A DNA stretch of 64,000 bases from Treponemataceae bacterium (GTDB lineage Bacteria > Spirochaetota > Spirochaetia > Treponematales > Rectinemataceae): positions 96,001 to 160,000 of the forward strand of contig CAXXVZ010000003.1 of assembly GCA_963678065.2 (NCBI GenBank). Reading direction: 5' to 3'. The position numbers and the translations under genes were made by a program. The notes under the pieces are model-generated. The model did no database searches and was not told where the DNA came from. It saw only the letters and a program-made list of their open reading frames with translations. Positions 29,579 through 40,510 of this stretch are shown here, piece after piece (position 1 is the stretch's first letter; the number at the start of each line of letters is the position of its first letter).

Positions 29579-29640
29579 TTCTAACACCTGCTGTGTGCCA
29601 CGAAATCAGATGGGCACTTTTGAATGCTGATTCAGGAGGT
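29579..29640 (+). mobile_element. attC15 left part plus a 48-nt group II intron 5' remnant; end of the array
   Basis: TTCTAACACCTGCT | GTGTGCCACGAAATCAGATGGGCAC..., near-identical to 22121-22168. Confidence 0.85.
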
Positions 29641-29768
29641 TCGCCGACGAGATGGTGCCGGATTCGGAGGATTTCAAATATCCAAAAGGCTGGAGATGCC
29701 AGATAAGGGGGGACGCAAGCGGGGTCGCCATCGGGACGCGTCGGTGGAAGGATGCTCCCTGCTGAAGT

Positions 29769-29801
29769 AAAAAGGCGCTCCCTTTCGGAAGCGCCTTTTT
29801 T
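29769..29801. terminator. Bidirectional intrinsic terminator (groEL)
   Basis: AAAAAGGCGCT...AGCGCCTTTTTT. Confidence 0.85.
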
Positions 29802-29824
29802 GATTGCAAGGGAAAAGCGGACTT

Positions 29825-32428
<2,604 letters not shown>

Positions 32429-32451
32429 TTCGCAACTTGCAGTGAGGTCGT

Positions 32452-32892
32452 TCATTCGAAGGCGAGTTCGTCGATCAGGAGGAGTTCCGGGCACTCGGGA
32501 CAGAGGCGCCAGTCGGCATCGTTGCCGAGTATGCCGGTGACGCCGATGACCCTGGCGGTGGCGATGTGGATGGCGTCCATGCTGCCGAGCCGGTACAGGC
32601 GCCTGAGGCGCGCCGCTTCCTCGGCGACCGCCACGTCGACGACGCGGGTCTGAATCCTCGCGGAATCCGAAAGGAGCCTGCGGTAGTCGTCGGCTGAGGC
32701 TGTTCCGCACTCTTTCCCTTCACTGCGACCCCGCCCGGGAGAGAGGACTTCCATCCACGCCATGGCCGAGACCCAGAACGAGGCGCGCCCGAGAGAAGCG
32801 GCTTCCAGGTAGCCGGCGACAACCTTCCGCCTCGCGAGGCTTCCTTCCAGGAGATACACGAGGGCCGAGCTGTCCAGGAGAAATGCCTCCAC
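32452..32892 (-). CDS. PIN-domain (VapC-like) protein
   Basis: LLDSSAL, WMEVL, MDAIHIATA and GND motifs; start uncertain. Confidence 0.8.
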   Translation of the reverse strand: MEAFLLDSSALVYLLEGSLARRKVVAGYLEAASLGRASFWVSAMAWMEVLSPGRGRSEGKECGTASADDYRRLLSDSARIQTRVVDVAVAEEAARLRRLYRLGSMDAIHIATARVIGVTGILGNDADWRLCPECPELLLIDELAFE

Positions 32893-33036
32893 TTCTCGCG
32901 ATTTCCTGTCCTGCGTGGCTGAGCGGGTGTCAATGTGCATACCCGCATTCTCGCACTGGCGTGGGCGGACTTGCAATGCCGCCCTCTCCCTTTGAGGAAG
33001 ACTCCATCCGGCGAGGCGGTGTATACTGTGCGCCGG

Positions 33037-35463
33037 ATGATGAAGTGTTCCGGTTGCATTGTCGACGCATTCCTGTCCAGCGACAGGTCCATGGTTCTCG
33101 CCGCCGGCCGGCTCGGGGATGGGCGCAGTTTTGCCTTTTCGCTGAAGGCCCGGGGCAAGGAGTTTTTTTCCCTCCGCCCGGAATCCGCCTCTCTCCCGCC
33201 CTCCGTTCGGGGAGCCTTCGTCGATCCTGATCCCTGGCAGAGCTTTGAGGGACTGGCCTGCACGAGGCTTTTTCTGCCTCCGGGGCTGGACTTTCCGAAA
33301 GAGGAATCCGGAAGGGAAAACCTGCGCACCTTGCCCGCGCCCTCGCGTCCGGCCTGGGATCTTTTCGCGGAACTCGGCATCGGTGTGTGCGTCGACATCG
33401 AAGGGGAGGCGCGCCCGGGGAATGCTGTCGATCTGTACTTCGCCGAGCCTTCCATTGCTCCCGACACGGAAGATGGCGAAATGCTTTTTCGCTGGCTCGC
33501 CCTCGACATCGAGACAGACAGGGATTCCCGTATCGTCGCCATCTCTCTCGCCTGCGACGGGTCGCCGGCAGGACGGCTCCGCGAAGTGCTCTTCCTCGGA
33601 CCGGAGACGGGGGCAAAGGCTGTGCGCAGCTTCGCTACGGAAGCTGATCTTCTCGTGGCTCTCGCAATCCGCTTGCGCAAGATCGATCCCGATGTCATCA
33701 CCGGCTGGAATGTCATCGATTTCGATTTCCGGCTCCTGTGCTCGCGCTACGAGGCGCTTGGCCTGCCATTCAGGGCTGCGCGCACCGCGCTGCCCGTGAG
33801 CTTTTCCTTCGCCGGCGGGAACGTGCACAGGGGTTTCGTGACCATCCAGGGTCGGGTGGTCCTCGACGCGATGCGCCTCGTGAGGGGCCTGGGTATCCGC
33901 TTCGAGGACCAGAGCCTCGACACGGTCGCGCGCCGCATCCTCGGTCTCGGCAAGACAGTGAGCGAACGCGGCGAGGATAAACTCGCGCGGCTCGAGGCGC
34001 TGAGGAGGGATGAGCCCGCGGCCTTTTGCGCCTACTGCCTCGCCGATTCCTCACTCGTGCTTTCAATCCTGGAAGCGACGAAACTCGCCGCCCTCAGCAT
34101 GAAGCGTTCCGTCCTGACAGGCACCAGCCTCGATATCGCATGGACGAGCATACCTGTCTTCGAGAGGGTCTACGGCGCGGAACTCCGGAGGCGGCGGATA
34201 GTCCCACTCGCGAGGTCGGAGCGCGAGGTCTCCGGTGCGGCCGGCGGAACCATACTCGATCCCGTAGCCGGGCTCTTCGAAAATGTTCTCGTCTTCGATT
34301 TCCGGAGTCTGTATCCCTCCATAATGCGGAGCTTCAACATCGATCCATTCGCCAGGGCGAGGGCCATGGCCCATCCCCGGGACTCGGACATACTCGCCCC
34401 GAACGGCGCGCGTTTTGCGCGGGAGGAAGGCATCATGCCCTCCCTTATCCGGAACTATGCGGCCGAACGCGAGAAGGCTCTCGCCTCCGGCGACGATTCT
34501 GCCGCCTATGTCCTCAAAATCCTGCAGAATTCTTTCTATGGCGTGCTCGGCTCGACCCAGTGCGCCTACGCGCGGACCGACCTCGCCGGGGCGATCACTT
34601 CTTTCGGACGGAAATTCCTCCACGCCTCGCGGGATTGGTTCGAGTCGGGCGGCAGGCGGGTGCTCTATGGCGACACGGATTCCGTGTTCGTTCAGGCCCT
34701 TCCGGCAGACGGATCAGGCTATTCTGTCCTTTCGGAACTCGGAAGCGAACTCGCCGGGAGACTCGACGCCTATCTTTCGGAGCTTGTCCGGACGGAATAC
34801 GGCCTCGAGTCCTTCCTCAGGATACGCTGCGAGAAGGTTTACGGACGCTTCCTCATCCCGCGGCTCAGAATGGATGATGGCGGCAGGGCGGCGAGGGGCG
34901 CCGCAGGCCTCGAAGGCGTCGACGACGATGCAGAGCCGGGAGAACTCACCGTCCGGGGCAGGTCCAAGGGTTACGCCGGGCTCGAACTCTGCCCCGATGG
35001 CAGCCGGGTCGAGATCAAGGGCATGGAGGCCGCACGTTCGGACTGGACTGCCCTCGCGAGGCGCTTCCAGACTGAACTGATCGGCCTCGTGTTCGCGGGC
35101 GGAGGGCCGAAAGAGGCTAAAGACCATTGCCGGCTGACAGAGGCCGAACTGCGCTCGGGTCGGCTTGACGGGGAGCTGGTCTACCGGAAGAACCTGAGGA
35201 GGCCGGTCTCCGCCTACGCATCCGAATCTCCCCAGGTCAAGGCCGCGCGCCTCATGGGCTGGACTGCCAGACGAGGTCTCATCGCCTATGTCATGACGAG
35301 GCGCGGTCCCCGGCCCGAGTCGGATGTAGATGCCCCGATCGATTACGGCCACTATGTGGAGAAGCAGCTGGCGCCCATCGCCCGCTCGGTGGCCGGAGCC
35401 TGCGGCTGGAAGGCCGGTGACTGGTTCGCCGGATCAGGCCAGATCGGTTTCGACTTCGACTGA
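33037..35463 (+). CDS. polB: DNA polymerase II (family B)
   Basis: DIET, GWN..FD, DFRSLYPS, KILQNSFYG and YGDTDS motifs; start uncertain. Confidence 0.93.
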   Translation: MMKCSGCIVDAFLSSDRSMVLAAGRLGDGRSFAFSLKARGKEFFSLRPESASLPPSVRGAFVDPDPWQSFEGLACTRLFLPPGLDFPKEESGRENLRTLPAPSRPAWDLFAELGIGVCVDIEGEARPGNAVDLYFAEPSIAPDTEDGEMLFRWLALDIETDRDSRIVAISLACDGSPAGRLREVLFLGPETGAKAVRSFATEADLLVALAIRLRKIDPDVITGWNVIDFDFRLLCSRYEALGLPFRAARTALPVSFSFAGGNVHRGFVTIQGRVVLDAMRLVRGLGIRFEDQSLDTVARRILGLGKTVSERGEDKLARLEALRRDEPAAFCAYCLADSSLVLSILEATKLAALSMKRSVLTGTSLDIAWTSIPVFERVYGAELRRRRIVPLARSEREVSGAAGGTILDPVAGLFENVLVFDFRSLYPSIMRSFNIDPFARARAMAHPRDSDILAPNGARFAREEGIMPSLIRNYAAEREKALASGDDSAAYVLKILQNSFYGVLGSTQCAYARTDLAGAITSFGRKFLHASRDWFESGGRRVLYGDTDSVFVQALPADGSGYSVLSELGSELAGRLDAYLSELVRTEYGLESFLRIRCEKVYGRFLIPRLRMDDGGRAARGAAGLEGVDDDAEPGELTVRGRSKGYAGLELCPDGSRVEIKGMEAARSDWTALARRFQTELIGLVFAGGGPKEAKDHCRLTEAELRSGRLDGELVYRKNLRRPVSAYASESPQVKAARLMGWTARRGLIAYVMTRRGPRPESDVDAPIDYGHYVEKQLAPIARSVAGACGWKAGDWFAGSGQIGFDFD

Positions 35464-35538
35464 CCGCTCAGCGATTACTTCCGCCAAGCGACTACTGGTT
35501 GCCAGGCAGCTACTGATCACTCGGCGACTATTCGTCGC

Positions 35539-35814
35539 TCAGCGTCGACCCGTGAGTTTGATGATGTGGTAGCCGAACTGTGTCTGCACGACATCGGATA
35601 TCGATCCGAGACCGAGATTCTTGCAGGCGTACTCGAAGCTCTGGACCATCTTGCCGGGGCCGAACCATCCGAGGTCTCCTCCCGATGATTTGGATGGGCA
35701 GGTCGAGTATTCGCGGGCGAGGCTTTCGAAGCTGGCGCCTGTCTTGGCGCGTTTCAGCAACTCCTGTGCCAGGGCCCTGTCTTTCACCAGAATGTGGCTG
35801 GCCTTCCATTCCAC
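35539..35814 (-). CDS. ppiC: Parvulin peptidyl-prolyl isomerase
   Basis: ASHILV, GGDLG and TQFGYHII motifs. Confidence 0.93.
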   Translation of the reverse strand: MEWKASHILVKDRALAQELLKRAKTGASFESLAREYSTCPSKSSGGDLGWFGPGKMVQSFEYACKNLGLGSISDVVQTQFGYHIIKLTGRR

Positions 35815-35859
35815 GATTCACCTCCGGATTGTTCGAATCTATTTATACATTGTTCGTAT

Positions 35860-37215
35860 CTATTTATACCGTGCCTGAAATTCCGCGAAGAGCTTCACGA
35901 CTTCCCTGATTTTTTCCGTGGGCGGCAGGATGGTCGTGCGGAAGTGAGCTGTTCCCGGCGACTGCCCGAAGCCCGTCCCCGGAACGACGCAGATGCCTGT
36001 CTCCTCGAGGAGACTCATGCAGTACTCCTCGTCGGTCTTCCCGGCGGGGATGCTGATGGAAGGAAAGGCGTACATGGCCCCCGCGACGGTGTTGCAGACT
36101 ATGCCCGGAATCGCGTTCAGGCCTTGTGCGAGGAGGATGGCCCGCTCTTTCAGTTCGCTCAGGATGGCGTCGCGCTCCGCGACGAAGGCGGCGTAGCTCT
36201 CGTCGCCCTCTTTCGGAGGCCTGACCATGAGGTAGGTCGCGACCTGGCCGGGCAGGTTGGAGCAGAGGCTCACTGACTGCAGCTTGGTTATCTGTGCACT
36301 CACCTCCGGTCCGATGTTGCGCAACTCCATGTAGCCTCCCCTGTGCCCGCACTCGCCGAGATAGCCCTTGGAGCAGCTGTGGAAGCTGAACAGCGAGACA
36401 TCCGTCTCGCCCAGCTCCGACATGACCTTCGCAAAGCTCGTGAAGCGGTCGCCCGGCCTGTAAATGTTTTCCTGGTAGACTTCGTCCGCGATTATCGCGA
36501 GACCTTTCGCCTTCGCGAAACCGATGATCATGGCGATGTTGTCCCTGTCCAGGACCGAGCCGGTCGGATTGCCGGGGTTGATGACGGAGATGGCCTTGAC
36601 CCTGGTCCCCGCGTCGCGGGCTGCCGCGATGGACTTCTCGAGCCTGCCGAGGGAGAGCTTCCAGTCGTTCGCCTCGTCGAGGTAGTAGGGAACCTGCCTT
36701 CCTTCATAGAGTGTGATGGTGGCGGAGTAGAGAGGATACTGGGGAATCGGGATCATGATGCCATCCGAGGGTCCGGCGATGAGGACCCTGAGGGCTGTCT
36801 GGACTCCCTTGGAGGCGCCGTCGGTGATGTAGATCGACTCAGGATCGGCTGAAATCCCGTCGCGGGCCGCGATGAACGCGGCGATGGCGTCGCGGACGAA
36901 CTTCATGCCCTTGGACTCGGAGTACGCGCCAAGGCCGTAGCGCGAGCCTGAGAGGATGGTTTTGGCCGTGCGGAGGATGTCGGAGGGAAAGGCCACGGAG
37001 GCGGATTCCATCAGCTCGGGGTACTCGCAGAGCGCAAGCACCTGACGGATGTAGGTCAGGGGCTTCTGTTCGAGAGCCTGAGGGTTGCCGATGTTGCAGT
37101 AGATGATCTTTTTCCCGGCTCGCTCCAGTTCCTGGGCGCGGGCCACGATTGGTCCGCGGACAGCGTATTGGGTTTCGAGAACCGCCTTTCCCAGATCCCT
37201 GATCGTGATGGCCAT
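35860..37215 (-). CDS. Alanine aminotransferase (class I/II PLP)
   Basis: YAVRG, CNIGNP, INPGNPTG, ADEVYQ and SCSKG..GECGHRGG motifs. Confidence 0.9.
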   Translation of the reverse strand: MAITIRDLGKAVLETQYAVRGPIVARAQELERAGKKIIYCNIGNPQALEQKPLTYIRQVLALCEYPELMESASVAFPSDILRTAKTILSGSRYGLGAYSESKGMKFVRDAIAAFIAARDGISADPESIYITDGASKGVQTALRVLIAGPSDGIMIPIPQYPLYSATITLYEGRQVPYYLDEANDWKLSLGRLEKSIAAARDAGTRVKAISVINPGNPTGSVLDRDNIAMIIGFAKAKGLAIIADEVYQENIYRPGDRFTSFAKVMSELGETDVSLFSFHSCSKGYLGECGHRGGYMELRNIGPEVSAQITKLQSVSLCSNLPGQVATYLMVRPPKEGDESYAAFVAERDAILSELKERAILLAQGLNAIPGIVCNTVAGAMYAFPSISIPAGKTDEEYCMSLLEETGICVVPGTGFGQSPGTAHFRTTILPPTEKIREVVKLFAEFQARYK

Positions 37216-37348
37216 GAGCAACCCCCGTATTGAGTTGAATGCGCGATGTTGGACGGTTTTGCCAACGATTTCCGTTCCCGTCGAGGGGAATGGTTCACGG
37301 GGACAAAATATGCTAAGTTGTGCACAGCAATCAAGTGGAGCTTCCGAA

Positions 37349-38293
37349 GTGCCCGAATACCTGCTTGCCCTGTATGTTCTGACTGCACTCCTCGTCCTCT
37401 CTCCGGTTCTGGTCGCCCTCATTGCCTACAGGAAGATGCTCAGGATAAGGCGGGTCAAAACCGAATCCATCGAGAGGATAAGCCTCGAAAAGTGCGAATT
37501 TCCCCCGGAAATCCTCCTGAAACCCTGGATCGCCGACACTGTTGCTTCGAAGCACGGCTACGATCTCAAAGTCCATGCCCTGCCCGGCAGCATCACTCGT
37601 CTCGCCATCTTCCACCACGGAGTGTCCTGGAACTGGATGGGAACCATCAAGTATATGAGCGCTTTCATCGACGAGGGCTGGACTGTCGTAGCCTACGACT
37701 GTCGGGGCCACGGAGAATCCGGCGGCGGCAACCCCTCCTACGGCTTTTTCGAAAAAGACGACCTCAAAACCGTCGCCGATTGGGCCCTCGCGCACTATCC
37801 CTGCGGGGACGGCTTCGTCGTCCACGGAGAGTCTCTGGGCGGAGCGACGGTGCTCCAGTACGCTCCCCTCGACTCCCGCCTGGACGCCGTCATAGCGGAC
37901 TGTCCGTTTTCGAGCGCAGCGGCCGAACTCGACCACAGGCTCGCGATATTCTTGAAACTAGGTTTCCTCCGCGCCCTCGTCGTCGCCCTTGTCGACTTCC
38001 TCGCGAAGAAGATAGATGGATTCAGCCTCTTCGACGCGGACTCTTCCGGGGCCATCGTCGCGACCGCGGTCCCCATCCTGTTCATCCACGGTAAGGAGGA
38101 TGACTACGTGCCCTGGATGATGTCGCTCGCCATGGCCGGACGTCGTAGGAAAGCCATGCCTGAAGCTCTGACGGAATTCCTCCTCGTGCCGGGAGCCCGC
38201 CACGCCGCCAGCTACAATGTCGACCCGGCCGGATACAATAAAGCCGTTTTCGGGTTCATCCGCCGGGTCAGCACACTGAAAGGAAAATCATGA
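37349..38293 (+). CDS. Membrane-anchored alpha/beta hydrolase
   Basis: DCRGHGES, GESLG and HGKEDD motifs. Confidence 0.88.
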   Translation: MPEYLLALYVLTALLVLSPVLVALIAYRKMLRIRRVKTESIERISLEKCEFPPEILLKPWIADTVASKHGYDLKVHALPGSITRLAIFHHGVSWNWMGTIKYMSAFIDEGWTVVAYDCRGHGESGGGNPSYGFFEKDDLKTVADWALAHYPCGDGFVVHGESLGGATVLQYAPLDSRLDAVIADCPFSSAAAELDHRLAIFLKLGFLRALVVALVDFLAKKIDGFSLFDADSSGAIVATAVPILFIHGKEDDYVPWMMSLAMAGRRRKAMPEALTEFLLVPGARHAASYNVDPAGYNKAVFGFIRRVSTLKGKS

Positions 38294-39561
38294 ACGAACT
38301 CAAAGACACCACCATCCGTCCCGAACGCGCCTTCCTCGTCGGGGTCCAGACGGAATCCGGCTCGAAGACCGACAGCGAGAGCCTTCTGCGCGAGCTGTCG
38401 AGCCTCGCGTCCACCCTCGGCCTCGAGGTCGCGGGCACGATGATAGCGCGCCTCCGGGACAAGACTCCGGCCCTCCTTTTCGGGACGGGCAAGGCCGACG
38501 AGATCGTCGCCGCGGCCACGGCCGCCGGAGCCGATTCCATCCTTTTCGACCACATCCTCTCTCCCGTCCAGCAGCGGAACTGGGAAACCCTCTCCGGTCT
38601 CAAGGCCTTCGACAGGGCGGAACTCATCATCCGTATCTTCGCATCGAGGGCTCTGACCCGGGATGCCGGGCTCCAGGTCGAACTCGCCCAGCTCAAGTAT
38701 TCCCTGCCGCGGCTCGCTCACTCCTACGACGCACTCTCCCGGCAGAGGGGCGGACGCTACGGGACCAAGGGCAAGGGCGAGCAGAAGATAGAGCTCGACA
38801 GACGGGAGATCGAGCGCCGCATCCATGAAATAGAGGAAGAGCTCAAGGATGTCCGCAAGTCGCGGGACGTACAGAAGCGCAGGCGGGAACGGCAGACCAT
38901 CCCGCGCGCGGCCGTCGTCGGCTACACGAACGCGGGCAAGTCGAGCCTCCTCAACGCTCTCACGAAGGCCGAGGTTCTCGTCGAGGACAAGCTCTTCGCC
39001 ACCCTCGACCCGACGACGCGGAGGATCAGCCTCACGGGCGGCGGCATTCTCCTTCTCACGGACACCGTCGGCTTCGTGCGGAACCTTCCCCATCACCTCG
39101 TGGAGGCCTTCAAGGCGACGCTGGAAGAGGCGGCCGACGCCGATCTCCTCGTCCACGTGGCGGATGCCTCGGATCCGGAAGTGGAGGCCCACATGGAGAC
39201 GACAGGCGCTGTCCTCAGGGAGATCGGCGCCGCCGATATTCCTTCGATCCTTGTCCTCAACAAGGTTGACCTCGTGGACGCGGAAGTGGCCGAGCGGTGG
39301 CGCCAGGCTCATCCGGATGGCATGCATGTCTCCGCGCTGACGGGGGAGGGGCTTCCGGGGCTCAAGGCGGCGATCGAAGACAGTCTCACCGCCCGCGACG
39401 ACGAAGTCCTCCTCCGGCTGCCCCACGCGGATTACAGCCTCGTCACCCTCCTGTACCGTCAGGCGAGCGTCATCTCGGAAAGCCAGGAAGAGGATGCGAC
39501 TCTCATTCGCTGCAGGCTGCCTGAGCGTTTGGCTAGCCGTTTCGAGGTTTACAAGGTCTGA
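38290..39561 (+). CDS. hflX: GTPase HflX
   Basis: GYTNAGKS, LFATLD, DTVGF and NKVD motifs. Confidence 0.97.
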   Translation: MNELKDTTIRPERAFLVGVQTESGSKTDSESLLRELSSLASTLGLEVAGTMIARLRDKTPALLFGTGKADEIVAAATAAGADSILFDHILSPVQQRNWETLSGLKAFDRAELIIRIFASRALTRDAGLQVELAQLKYSLPRLAHSYDALSRQRGGRYGTKGKGEQKIELDRREIERRIHEIEEELKDVRKSRDVQKRRRERQTIPRAAVVGYTNAGKSSLLNALTKAEVLVEDKLFATLDPTTRRISLTGGGILLLTDTVGFVRNLPHHLVEAFKATLEEAADADLLVHVADASDPEVEAHMETTGAVLREIGAADIPSILVLNKVDLVDAEVAERWRQAHPDGMHVSALTGEGLPGLKAAIEDSLTARDDEVLLRLPHADYSLVTLLYRQASVISESQEEDATLIRCRLPERLASRFEVYKV

Positions 39562-40367
39562 TCGTCCCGGAGGAGGCGGATTTCGCCCGAAAAAAAGCTG
39601 CGCCTACCTTCTCCGGGTATCGAGAGCACGAGGCCGCCTTCCGCGTCGATTCCCTCGATGAGGCCGCGCTTCGTCTCCCGCGCGGTCGCGCGACCAGGGA
39701 GGAAGTCGGTCGCGCGACCAGGAAGAAAATCGGTCGCGAGGCCGCGCCGCCAGAGGCAGGACTCGAGTTCCTCCCTCCAGGTCAGATTGCGGCGGACGGC
39801 CTCCATCTCCTTCAAAAAAAGTGACAGCAGTTTCCAGCGATCGACCTCGCGGCCCGAGGCGAGCCTGAGGCTCGTCGTCGTTCCTTCTATAGAAGGGTCG
39901 AAGACTGTCTGGTTGGCGTTGACGCCGATCCCGATAAGGACAGCCCGCGAACCTGCCTCGCAGATGATGCCGGCCAGCTTTTTCCCTCCGACGAGGATAT
40001 CGTTCGGCCACTTCACTTCGACGGCGGGGAGACGGGGGATTTCGGCCCCTTCCGGATTCGCGGCGATCCACGCCATGCTCCGGATCGCCCTCTGCACGGC
40101 GAGCCCTGCCTTGAGCGGAAGGGCCGCCTCGTTCACGGCCTTTGCCGCGAGAACGAGGGTGAACATGAGGTTCTCCCCCGGAGGAGAGAGCCAGGCTCTC
40201 CCTTCGATCCTGCCTCGCCCGGAGTTCTGAAAGTCGGTCGCGACGAGGCTGCCCTCGGGGCAGCCCGCGAGGGCGAGCTCGCGCGCGTCGTGCATCGTCG
40301 ACCCGGTTTCGGAGAGGAAAAAGCACTGAGCCCCTGGCCAGGGATTCGGAATCGGCAGGATTTCCAT
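39549..40367 (-). CDS. birA: Biotin protein ligase without HTH
   Basis: QNSGRGR, KWPND, KLAGI and GIGVN motifs. Confidence 0.92.
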   Translation of the reverse strand: MEILPIPNPWPGAQCFFLSETGSTMHDARELALAGCPEGSLVATDFQNSGRGRIEGRAWLSPPGENLMFTLVLAAKAVNEAALPLKAGLAVQRAIRSMAWIAANPEGAEIPRLPAVEVKWPNDILVGGKKLAGIICEAGSRAVLIGIGVNANQTVFDPSIEGTTTSLRLASGREVDRWKLLSLFLKEMEAVRRNLTWREELESCLWRRGLATDFLPGRATDFLPGRATARETKRGLIEGIDAEGGLVLSIPGEGRRSFFSGEIRLLRDDQTL

Positions 40368-40510
40368 GGTTCCGGCATGGTAGGATGTGGCGGGCGCAGG
40401 GTTCAAGGTCTCCGGGCGGACCCGGTACGGCCAAGCTTTACGCGTACGCAGTGAAAAGCTATAATGACTAAACGGGTACATCCCGCATCCAGGATGAGAG
40501 GCAGGTCAGC

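Noticed and set aside
3414..29592. Dispersed ~120-bp repeats as a CRISPR array or REP elements
   Set aside because: They have R''/L''/L'/R' boxes, separate whole genes and follow an intI; no cas genes are present.
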